The notes under the pieces are model-generated. The model did not search any database. It saw only the letters and a list, made by a program, of their open reading frames with translations, and was not told the DNA's origin. A program made the position numbers and the translations under genes. From Clostridia bacterium (GTDB taxonomy: Bacteria > CBDUZB01 > JAGLHV01): a stretch of DNA of 64,000 nt. Location of the stretch: assembly GCA_030637025.1 (NCBI GenBank), contig DAOVVV010000007.1, positions 1-64,000 on the forward strand, given 5' to 3'. Each line of letters starts with the position of its first letter. The stretch's first letter is position 1. Positions 20,118 to 28,079 of this stretch are shown piece after piece.

Positions 20118-20162
20118 AGTGACCAAAAACACATCAACAAAATAAAATGCTCGTGATACATT
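20118..20162 (+). promoter_or_regulatory. CRP/FNR-like box plus extended -10 (copy 2)
   Basis: aGTGA-ccaaaa-aCACA at 20118-20133; TGa-TACATT at 20154-20162; same spacing as copy 1. Confidence 0.5.
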
Positions 20163-20215
20163 TCGGCAGAGTATAATTAAATTTTTTTTAATGAAATTTA
20201 AGTGCAGGGTAAAAA

Positions 20216-21679
20216 ATGAAAAAGATTATAAAAAAACAAAAGCAGGCAAAAAAAACGAACCGGACATTAATATTAAAGGTTTTTTTTATTACATACCTTA
20301 TACTTTATATATTCCAGAGTGTATTTTGTTTTGCCGGTGAAGGTGCAGGGACAACAGCCTTCAACTTTTTAAAAATAGGTGCGGGAGCAAGGCCGGTTGG
20401 TATGGGAGAAGCATATAGTGCCTTAGCTGATGATATTAATGCTATTTACTGGAATCCGGCAGGATTAGGATGTATAACCGAACGGGAAGTTACCGCTTCT
20501 TATTTAAGTTATGTAGCAGATATTAACTCAGGATATTTTGGTTATACCTTGCCTTTAATGAAGGGCGGTTTAGGTATAAGTGTCGTTTATTTGGATTATG
20601 GGCAGATACGGGAAACTACCGATGATGACCCTGATGGAGTAAATTTGGGTTATTACCGGCCGTATGATCTGGCAGTAATAGCTGCGTATGGGTGTAATGT
20701 TGGTGGTGGATTAAATTTGGGTATAAATATGAAAGGAATACATGAGGATATACAAGGGTATACCGCAAATGCCATTGCCTTTGATATAGGGACATTGTAT
20801 GATTTACCGGTAAAAGATTTAATTTGTTCCTTCTCGATAAAAAATTTGGGATTACAAACAAAAGCTTTTATTGAAGAGAAGCATGATTTACCTTTAGTCT
20901 TTGATTTTGGTTTAGGGTATAGTATGTTAGACAATGCTTTAAAAGTAGGTTTGGACTTATATCAACCGCAGGGCGGGGATTTTAATTTTAATATCGGGGG
21001 GGAATATTATTGGAAGAAACTTGTTGCTCTTCGAATGGGGTATAAAAATGCAGGTAAAGATTTGAAGACGGGTTCGGATAAGGATCTTTTGACCGGTTTT
21101 TGTTTTGGATTAGGGGTAAATATGGAAATGTACCGGGTAGATTATGCCTTTGTTCCCTTTAATGAATTAGGAAATGCTCACCGCCTGTCTTTCGGATTAA
21201 AATGGGGTAAGAGTAATAATCGGAAATTAAAAGAACAGACAGTAAAGAGAAAAAAGAAAAAGGTTAATAGAAAACAGAAGGCCGGTATAAAGAAAAAAGT
21301 TAATAAACAACAAACGGTTAAAAAACATAAAATAAAGAACAAAAAAGAGTGTAATAAAAACAAAGGCAAAAATAAAGAAGAACCGGGTATAATAAATTAT
21401 AAAAAAGGACAAAAACATTCTAAACAAAAGAAATATAAAATAGCACTTAAAGAATATAGAAAAGCATTAAAGTATGGATATAAAAAGGCTAAATTATATG
21501 CAAGTATGGGCTTTTGTTATTATAAATTGGGTAATCGGAAGGCAGCAAAAAGTTTATATAAACAAGCCTTGGATATTGAGCCGGATAACAAAAAAATTAA
21601 ACAGAACTTAAAAAATATCAGCAAAAAAGGAAAAACAAAAAACAATAAAAAAATTATTGACAAATGGCGAAATCTGTGA
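20216..21679 (+). CDS. PorV/PorQ-family outer-membrane beta-barrel with Lys-rich linker and C-terminal TPR
   Basis: FLKIGAGARPVGMGEAY...YWNPAGL, DYAFVPFNELGNAHRLS; TPR-like AKLYASMGFCYYKLG...ALDIEPDN. Confidence 0.85.
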   Translation: MKKIIKKQKQAKKTNRTLILKVFFITYLILYIFQSVFCFAGEGAGTTAFNFLKIGAGARPVGMGEAYSALADDINAIYWNPAGLGCITEREVTASYLSYVADINSGYFGYTLPLMKGGLGISVVYLDYGQIRETTDDDPDGVNLGYYRPYDLAVIAAYGCNVGGGLNLGINMKGIHEDIQGYTANAIAFDIGTLYDLPVKDLICSFSIKNLGLQTKAFIEEKHDLPLVFDFGLGYSMLDNALKVGLDLYQPQGGDFNFNIGGEYYWKKLVALRMGYKNAGKDLKTGSDKDLLTGFCFGLGVNMEMYRVDYAFVPFNELGNAHRLSFGLKWGKSNNRKLKEQTVKRKKKKVNRKQKAGIKKKVNKQQTVKKHKIKNKKECNKNKGKNKEEPGIINYKKGQKHSKQKKYKIALKEYRKALKYGYKKAKLYASMGFCYYKLGNRKAAKSLYKQALDIEPDNKKIKQNLKNISKKGKTKNNKKIIDKWRNL

Positions 21680-21685
21680 TATACT
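21657..21685 (+). promoter_or_regulatory. Sigma70 promoter driving the second riboswitch
   Basis: TTGACA-17 bp-TATACT with extended -10 TG; overlaps the end of the PorV-like gene. Confidence 0.75.
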
Positions 21686-21732
21686 TCTAATTGAGAAGTG
21701 ATAGTAAAAATTTGAAAAAGAATTATTATTTT

Positions 21733-21814
21733 GCTTGATAAGAGCAAAGTACAAGAAATTGTACGACGCAAAACCACGGGGTTCGTTTCTGACGAGTTAG
21801 CCGGGTTGCCAAGC
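21733..21814 (+). ncRNA. GEMM-I (c-di-GMP-I fold) riboswitch aptamer, A20 variant
   Basis: P1 gctt/aagc; A-GC-AAA-gtacaa-GAAA-ttgtac-GAC-GC-AAAA; P3 ending tagccgggttgcc. Confidence 0.9.
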
Positions 21815-21840
21815 CAAAAGTGGCAATCGCGGCTTTTTTT
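21799..21840 (+). terminator. Riboswitch expression platform: intrinsic terminator overlapping the aptamer
   Basis: agccg-ggttgcca pairs with tggcaatc-g-cggct, followed by a T-tract. Confidence 0.8.
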
Positions 21841-21889
21841 ATAAGTAATATTTGAGGAAGGGAATATATCCTGTCGTAATAAAAGGAGG

Positions 21890-22141
21890 ATGAAAATGAC
21901 AAGATTAGGAGAAATGTTAAGAAAAGAAAAAATAATAACCGGAAAACAATTAAGGGAAGTATTGGAATCGCAAAAGAAGAATCATAAACGGTTAGGTAAA
22001 ATACTGGTTTCCAGTGGATATACAGATAAGGAAGTAATTCTTGGTCTTTTGGATCAGCAACAAAATAGTCCTTATTGGGAGATGTTTAAAGAAACCGGTT
22101 CTGTAGAAGCGTATTTGAAAATTAAAAAAATTAGATTATAA
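21890..22141 (+). CDS. Stand-alone MshEN (c-di-GMP-binding) mini-protein with a YqzL-like C-terminal tail
   Basis: Two 24-aa RLG...LxxQ motifs joined by a 5-aa linker; tail YWEMFKETGSVEAYLKIKK. Confidence 0.75.
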   Translation: MKMTRLGEMLRKEKIITGKQLREVLESQKKNHKRLGKILVSSGYTDKEVILGLLDQQQNSPYWEMFKETGSVEAYLKIKKIRL

Positions 22142-22226
22142 CTTTGTAAAATTATAGGGCTCGTTAGACAATAAAAATGCTTTTTAAAATTAATTAGGTA
22201 ATATTATCAATGTTGAGGAAAAAGTT

Positions 22227-22258
22227 AAAATCCGCCGTTATTTTATGGCGGATTTTTT
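22227..22258. terminator. Intrinsic terminator, possibly bidirectional
   Basis: aaaa-tccgccgt-loop-atggcgga-tttttt. Confidence 0.8.
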
Positions 22259-22260
22259 AT

Positions 22261-22289
22261 TTGACTTTGGTTAAAAAGTTTTGTATAGT
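22261..22289 (+). promoter_or_regulatory. Sigma70 promoter
   Basis: TTGACT-17 bp-TATAGT upstream of 22361. Confidence 0.55.
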
Positions 22290-22360
22290 TTTGATTAAAG
22301 CAGGAGATAATTTCGTAGATGTTATAGAATAAAAAGCAAAAAAAGAGAGAGGGGGGTAAT

Positions 22361-23917
22361 ATGATTAGGAAAATAATCGCGATGGTGGTTGTTTTCTTTG
22401 TTTTTTTAGGGTATTGCCAGGCAAAGACTATTACTATAGACGGAGATGCCGGTGATTGGACGGATTGGGCAGTGATTACGGATTCAGATACAATAAGCGT
22501 TAATTCTGCAATAGTATATAATGACGAGTGGATATGGAAAGATACAAGCAATGATGAAAGAAGAAATAATACTTATTATGAAACAGGGGGAATGACCCCT
22601 TCCTGTGATATTACCCGGGTGCGTGTTACCGCAGACACGAATGCGTTATATTTTCTGGTAGAATTTATGGATTTAAGTTTAGGAACAACAGGGATTTCTT
22701 ACCCTTTTGTTCAGATAGCGGTAGACCATGATAAAAATGAAGGTTTGAATTTATTGCCTCTATCGACCACACAAAATGATTTAGCCCATATAAATGATGA
22801 TGCTTCCTGGGAATATTTAATTTTAGCTTACCAGGACAATATTGCCGTACTTGATTATTTGTCGGGAGGTGGGCCTGAAATTGGAGGGAGTAATTATAGT
22901 CAATATGCCTCTACTAATCCGGCAACAAGTCCTTATTGTATGGAATTTAGTGTGCCTTTTTCTGTTTTGGGAGGTTCAACATATTATTTAAATAAAACGG
23001 TTAGTTTTAGTTTGGTTTGTTTTTTTCATTCCGCAGCCTGGCCGGCAGGAAGTTCACACGAAGTAAGGCCTTTTGAAACCGGTTTTTCTCATATTATAGA
23101 TTGTATTTCTGTAATAGACAACCTTCAAACAACCTGTGAAAGCGATCGTGTTGACCATAGTGGCACGGCAGGTACCTGGGAGGAAGTAAGTGATAATGTG
23201 GTAAATACCTATTTGGATATTAAGTTTGATTCATCAGGTAATGTTGCGGCTAATAACAAACCTACCATGGTGGCAGTTACTTTCAAAGTAGATGATGTAG
23301 AAAACAATCAGGAGGTGGTTGTGGAAGGGAGAGGTCCTCTTTTTTCCTGGGAAGGAGCTTTTTCGGACGTTGATTCCGGGGATAGTCAAAAAGCAATACA
23401 AATAGAGGTTGATGTTGATAGTGACAGTGAAAATGGGAACCAACTATGGATTTCTTCGCCTGTTTTGGAGCTAAACGAAATCCGGTATGGAGGAACTACG
23501 GATTTACAAACTAAGCAGACTTTTTATTGGCGGCTGAGAATAATGGATAATCACGGTGAATGGAGTGATTGGATAGAAGCAGGTAGTTTTTCTACGGTAA
23601 AGCAAGCCAGACCGTTTAATATTACTAAAAACAACCTTTCTATTGACTGGAATAATCCTTTTAATCCGGTAAAAGGGGATTATACCAAAATACGGTATAT
23701 AATAGAGCAGGATGAACATGTAACAGTTAGGATTTATGATATAAGTGGAAGATTGATTAAAACTTTAGTAGATGATAATAGATTAAATAATATCGTTTAT
23801 ACCCAAATATGGGATGGGCGCAATGAAGATGGCAATCTGGTCGCCAGTGGAGTATATTTGGTTAATATTATATCCGGTAATTTTACTAAAACGGAAAAAA
23901 TTGTGGTAATAAAGTAA
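22361..23917 (+). CDS. Secreted protein: CBM9/DOMON-like N-domain, Fn3-like domain, FlgD-Ig/T9SS-like C-terminal domain
   Basis: Signal peptide; ITIDGDAGDW; YWRLRIMDNHGEWSDW; NPFNP...IYDISGRLIKTL...WDGRNEDGNLVASGVY. Confidence 0.75.
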   Translation: MIRKIIAMVVVFFVFLGYCQAKTITIDGDAGDWTDWAVITDSDTISVNSAIVYNDEWIWKDTSNDERRNNTYYETGGMTPSCDITRVRVTADTNALYFLVEFMDLSLGTTGISYPFVQIAVDHDKNEGLNLLPLSTTQNDLAHINDDASWEYLILAYQDNIAVLDYLSGGGPEIGGSNYSQYASTNPATSPYCMEFSVPFSVLGGSTYYLNKTVSFSLVCFFHSAAWPAGSSHEVRPFETGFSHIIDCISVIDNLQTTCESDRVDHSGTAGTWEEVSDNVVNTYLDIKFDSSGNVAANNKPTMVAVTFKVDDVENNQEVVVEGRGPLFSWEGAFSDVDSGDSQKAIQIEVDVDSDSENGNQLWISSPVLELNEIRYGGTTDLQTKQTFYWRLRIMDNHGEWSDWIEAGSFSTVKQARPFNITKNNLSIDWNNPFNPVKGDYTKIRYIIEQDEHVTVRIYDISGRLIKTLVDDNRLNNIVYTQIWDGRNEDGNLVASGVYLVNIISGNFTKTEKIVVIK

Positions 23918-23974
23918 ATGTGTTCCTCTTTGTTTTAGTAAAAAAGAGTTATAAGAAAAACATAGGAGTAATGT

Positions 23975-24526
23975 ATGTTTTTTTGTCGGTTGAAGGAAAG
24001 AATTAAATCAACAAAAAAAGTAAAATTATTATTTAACATTATATTTGTTGTTTTAATAATTTTTTTTATAATAACTGTTTTTAGAGTAATTTGGTTTTTG
24101 AAAAGCCGACAGACGATGAAAGAATATCTAAAAGAAAGAAAAGAAAATAAACAGTTAGTGCTTAGTCAAGTGTCAGGAGGAAAAACAAAAAAAAATAAAG
24201 AGAAAAAAGATGTTATAGGAGAGGATATTTTGGGAATACCTCGTTATTCGGGGATGATTAGGACTTGGTATACAGACGATGGTCAATCTAAAATGATAAT
24301 TTATGAAGTAAAAGCTACTAAAGAGGAGTTGTTAAAATTTTACAAAAAGGAAATGGTTTCTCGAGGATGGAAACAAGACGATAAACTTACACAAGGAAAA
24401 AAATTGCTTACTTATCTTAAAGGAAAGAAAGAAATACAAATAATTGTTAATAGTAATGTTTTTAGTAAAGATAAAATTGCTACGGTTACTTTTTTAAGCC
24501 GGAATATAGAAAAAAAACAACAGTAA
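23975..24526 (+). CDS. Hypothetical single-pass membrane protein upstream of the Tad cluster
   Basis: One N-terminal TM helix; IPRYSG...FYKKEMVSRGW periplasmic fold motif; its stop overlaps the next start. Confidence 0.65.
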   Translation: MFFCRLKERIKSTKKVKLLFNIIFVVLIIFFIITVFRVIWFLKSRQTMKEYLKERKENKQLVLSQVSGGKTKKNKEKKDVIGEDILGIPRYSGMIRTWYTDDGQSKMIIYEVKATKEELLKFYKKEMVSRGWKQDDKLTQGKKLLTYLKGKKEIQIIVNSNVFSKDKIATVTFLSRNIEKKQQ

Positions 24527-24705
24527 TGAAAAAAAAATCAATTTTTTTAAATTGCCGGGGACAATCAGTAACTGAATATATTTTGTTAAGTTTCGTTTTA
24601 ATTATAGCTGCTATGGGAGTAAATAAACTCTTTGCCCGCTCAATTGCAAAATATTTTAATCATGTAGCATCTTTACGAACAGGTGGAGTAGGAATGTTGC
24701 CTTAA
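24526..24705 (+). CDS. Flp-type pilin, 59 aa (absent from the supplied ORF track)
   Basis: Hand translation MKKKSIFLNCRGQSVTEYILLSFVLIIAAMGVNKLFARSIAKYFNHVASLRTGGVGMLP; G|QSVTEY Flp cleavage motif; TAATG coupling. Confidence 0.8.
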   Translation: MKKKSIFLNCRGQSVTEYILLSFVLIIAAMGVNKLFARSIAKYFNHVASLRTGGVGMLP

Positions 24706-24724
24706 AGGAATAGGAAAGTTTAAA

Positions 24725-25276
24725 ATGTATAAAGGACAATCAGGTCAGGCAATGGTGGAAGCAATGGCGGTTGTTTTAATTATATGTGCTTTTGTCTTCG
24801 GGTTGATGCAGTTGGCTTTAATTGGAACTACCTATATGTCCGGTTATGATGCTGTACAGGCGGCAATACGTTCAAGAATAGTAAATGGAAACGGGGAAAA
24901 TTCTGAAATAATTTCCCGTTGGGTAGGACGGGTTGTATTATTAAGTACACAATTTAGAAAGCTTGTTTTGTTTGGTCCGGGAGGGATTTATCCAAGGGTT
25001 GATTTTTCCTATAAAGATGTAATTAATGGTAAGAAAGATTATGCCGATAAGCCGATAAAAATTGTGACTACAAAATTAATTTATTTGGAAAAATTAATTT
25101 TTGCTTTTCTTTTTCGTCCTGTCAATTCTTCTCCCGGAGGAACAATTTTTTATAATGGATTCCATACAGCCTCTCTCCCTCCTTTTATGAAACCCAGGAT
25201 TACTTTTTCAAGAATGGTTATTTCTCCGGATGAGAATTTTTATTATAAGGCTTATCCCGGAGCAGATAATGATTAA
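24725..25276 (+). CDS. TadE-like pseudopilin
   Basis: G|QAMVE prepilin motif followed by a hydrophobic helix. Confidence 0.75.
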   Translation: MYKGQSGQAMVEAMAVVLIICAFVFGLMQLALIGTTYMSGYDAVQAAIRSRIVNGNGENSEIISRWVGRVVLLSTQFRKLVLFGPGGIYPRVDFSYKDVINGKKDYADKPIKIVTTKLIYLEKLIFAFLFRPVNSSPGGTIFYNGFHTASLPPFMKPRITFSRMVISPDENFYYKAYPGADND

Positions 25277-26141
25277 ATCAAAATTGAGCAATAAACAAGG
25301 ACAAACATTACCTTTTATGTGTTTAATCGTATTGTCTTTAGTGATGTTTTGGATGCTGGTGGTAAATATGGGGGTAATGCTCAGGAATAGAATTATTGTT
25401 CAAAATGCAGCTGATTGTGCGGCACAGACAGCAGCTTGTTATCGGGCGAGGGCATTGAATATGGTGGGTATGTATAATGCTGTTTTGGGAAGCTATATTA
25501 TTTATGAAGGTTCTAAAATTATGCCTCCTCAAGGAGCCTGGATTCCTTATGCCAATGCGTATCATACTTATCGGTTAACCCGAAGTTTAAACCGTATTAC
25601 CGAAATTGTGCGTTCTTACGGAGGAGGGTGGGCTTATTTAAAAGCAAATGAAGTAGCTAAAAAATCCGGGGCGGATGGAATAAAAAGTCTTGCTATACCC
25701 CGGATGTATTCCCTGCGGCTTAAAGTAGATAAAGTTAGAATTAGATTCTGGAGTACAATAATGGTGTATGGTTTACCGGCTCCCGGTCCTCCTTGTTTTA
25801 CCAGGAGGGTAAATACCTGGTATTATTTTAAGGATAAATCCGGCCCCAGGAAAAATATTGCTATTGCTTATAAGAAATCTCAATCAGATTTTTTCCCCTT
25901 AGGAAAGAATCTACTGGGTATAACACGGATTCCGGAAATATTAGCAGTAGCTGCAGCACGGCCTTATAATACAAAAGGTTCAATGTTTCCACAAAAAAAA
26001 ACAAAGTTGGGTTTGAAAGTTCTTTTTAAATGGCTTCAGGCTGCTTCCGGAGGGTGGGAAGCACATCTTGTTCCGGTAGGAAATATTTCCCTAATTCCCG
26101 GTTTTGGGGATTTACCTGTGGGTAAAGTGGTAAAACATTAA
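25269..26141 (+). CDS. TadG-like pilus protein
   Basis: G|QTLP plus TM helix plus QNAADCAA Tad-domain motif; ATG 25269 preferred over 25230. Confidence 0.75.
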   Translation: MIKSKLSNKQGQTLPFMCLIVLSLVMFWMLVVNMGVMLRNRIIVQNAADCAAQTAACYRARALNMVGMYNAVLGSYIIYEGSKIMPPQGAWIPYANAYHTYRLTRSLNRITEIVRSYGGGWAYLKANEVAKKSGADGIKSLAIPRMYSLRLKVDKVRIRFWSTIMVYGLPAPGPPCFTRRVNTWYYFKDKSGPRKNIAIAYKKSQSDFFPLGKNLLGITRIPEILAVAAARPYNTKGSMFPQKKTKLGLKVLFKWLQAASGGWEAHLVPVGNISLIPGFGDLPVGKVVKH

Positions 26142-26172
26142 TTTGTTTATTAGATGATAGGGTGATATTTAA

Positions 26173-26622
26173 ATGTATAAGCCAATGAAATTTAAAAATA
26201 AAAAAGGGCAGGCATTACTGGAAACACTTTTTATTATTCCCATTGTTGCTTCTTTAATATCCGGTATCTGGTTTTTTACTGCTGTTTTCATTACCCAGAT
26301 ACGGTTAAATATGGCTTGCCGGCATGGAGTATTTCTCATTGTGCATGCGAATTATAATGCAGAACAGGTAATAGAGGAAGTAAAAGATTTTTTAAAAGAG
26401 AACAAATTAGCTGAAAGTAAAATTCGAATGAATTATTTTGATATAGATACATCTTGTGGTAGAAAACCAGCCGGAGTCAGGGTAAGATATGAATTAAAGC
26501 CGCCGCTGTTGTTAAGAACAATTCCCGGGTTTCCAGACCCTATGGTTCTTAAAGGTTGTTGTGAGTGTTACAATGATACCTGGTTGTTTGGTATTCCGGG
26601 AAGTAATTTATCTCATTCGTAG
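26173..26622 (+). CDS. TadE-like pseudopilin
   Basis: KG|QALLE, hydrophobic helix, ACRHGV. Confidence 0.8.
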   Translation: MYKPMKFKNKKGQALLETLFIIPIVASLISGIWFFTAVFITQIRLNMACRHGVFLIVHANYNAEQVIEEVKDFLKENKLAESKIRMNYFDIDTSCGRKPAGVRVRYELKPPLLLRTIPGFPDPMVLKGCCECYNDTWLFGIPGSNLSHS

Positions 26623-26752
26623 AAATTAAAAATTACATATTAGCAATTTTAGATTAACTGATAAAAATAAAAAAATTTGCAATTGGTGCTAATTGGGTAA
26701 TTTAGTAATTGGCAAAAAGCAAATACAGAAAGATTAAGGGGATGTTTTAGAA

Positions 26753-26959
26753 ATGAGAAAGTATTATGACTGTCAAAATTTTGGTAAGAGTAAGTTCTGT
26801 GATGAATGGATTCTTGATAACAAAAAGAAATTAGAGAAATCTGTTATTATGAGGAATGTTATCCTTGGTGAAAAAATTGAAGTTCCAGGAATTTCTCGAG
26901 GTGAGTTGGAAAAGGCTGATGAAACATGTGGAAAGTGTTGTAATTTTGAGCAAAAATGA
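26753..26959 (+). CDS. Small Cys-containing hypothetical protein
   Basis: 68 aa with N-terminal Cys pair and C-terminal CGKCCNF; purine-rich RBS-like sequence upstream. Confidence 0.5.
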   Translation: MRKYYDCQNFGKSKFCDEWILDNKKKLEKSVIMRNVILGEKIEVPGISRGELEKADETCGKCCNFEQK

Positions 26960-27035
26960 TAAGAAACAGAGGGATTTTGTTTGGAATTTGTGATTTGGGA
27001 GTTTGAGTTTGTTTTTTAAGGGGGGTGAAATAAAA

Positions 27036-27206
27036 ATGATGAATTTAAGAAGAAATCGGAAGGGACAGGGATTGACAGAATATGTTTTATTGGTGCTTTT
27101 GATAGCGATTGTTGTTTTTGGATCAATAAAAGTTTTTGGCGGTAAAGTCAAAGATGGATTTGAGAAAGCTTCCGACAAAATTGAAGAAGCACAAAGTGAT
27201 GAATAA
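27036..27206 (+). CDS. Flp family major pilin
   Basis: KG|QGLTEYVLL...FGGKV; RBS gggggtg upstream of ATG 27036. Confidence 0.9.
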   Translation: MMNLRRNRKGQGLTEYVLLVLLIAIVVFGSIKVFGGKVKDGFEKASDKIEEAQSDE

Positions 27207-27218
27207 TGGAGAAAAGAA

Positions 27219-28061
27219 GTGAAAAATAAAAAATTATTAATAATAGCATTAAGTATCGCTTTTGTGACGGTATTTTTAGTAGGCGGATATCTTAATAATT
27301 TAGAGAAGGCGTATTTATTTCAGGGCAAAAAAGTGGAAGTTTTAGTTGCCAGGGATTATATTCCTTCCGCTGCATTTCTTAAAAAAGAAATGGTAAAGTC
27401 GGTTAAAGTTCCTTTAGCTTTTCGACAGCCGGGAGCACTTGTTTCTTTAGAAGAGCTTACCGGAAAAAAAGGGAGAAATATTTATTCAACCATTGTTCCG
27501 ATTATGATTGGAGAACAAATAGTGGCTACTAAACTTAATTCTCTTGAAAAAGGGACGAGATTATCTTTTGTAATTCCTCAGGAAAAGGGGGCTATTTCCT
27601 TAGGTGTAGATAGGGTTAGTGGTGTATCGGGATTGATTAGAGCCGGTGACCGGGTTAATTTAATTTGTACTTTTGAGTATGAAAAGAGAAACAAACTGCA
27701 GGTAAAGACCATTACCTTATTACAAAACCTATTAGTTTTGGCGGTAAATAAACGTCTGATAGGGACAATCATTCCTAAAACAAAAAAAGGGAAATATCAA
27801 AATAGTATTACAGAAGAAGAATTGCGAACAGTGACTTTGAGTGTAACACCCGAAGAAGCAGAAAAAATTATTTTTGCCGCCCATCAGGGAGAAATGATAC
27901 TCTATTTGAAAGCGCAGGGAAACATAGGGACAGTATCTATCCGAGGAATAAATTTATCTTCTTTGCTGAATGAAAAAAACATAAACCCCGCACCTGTAAG
28001 TAAATTAGATATGCCTCCCATTATTAAAGGAATTAGAGAGATGATGCCTGATGGGTATTAA
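27219..28061 (+). CDS. cpaB: Flp pilus assembly protein CpaB/RcpC
   Basis: SAF-like VLVARDYIP, GVSGLIRAGDRV, TVTLSVTPEEAEKI. Confidence 0.9.
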   Translation: MKNKKLLIIALSIAFVTVFLVGGYLNNLEKAYLFQGKKVEVLVARDYIPSAAFLKKEMVKSVKVPLAFRQPGALVSLEELTGKKGRNIYSTIVPIMIGEQIVATKLNSLEKGTRLSFVIPQEKGAISLGVDRVSGVSGLIRAGDRVNLICTFEYEKRNKLQVKTITLLQNLLVLAVNKRLIGTIIPKTKKGKYQNSITEEELRTVTLSVTPEEAEKIIFAAHQGEMILYLKAQGNIGTVSIRGINLSSLLNEKNINPAPVSKLDMPPIIKGIREMMPDGY

Positions 28062-28079
28062 TAAATATTCAAGGGATAA

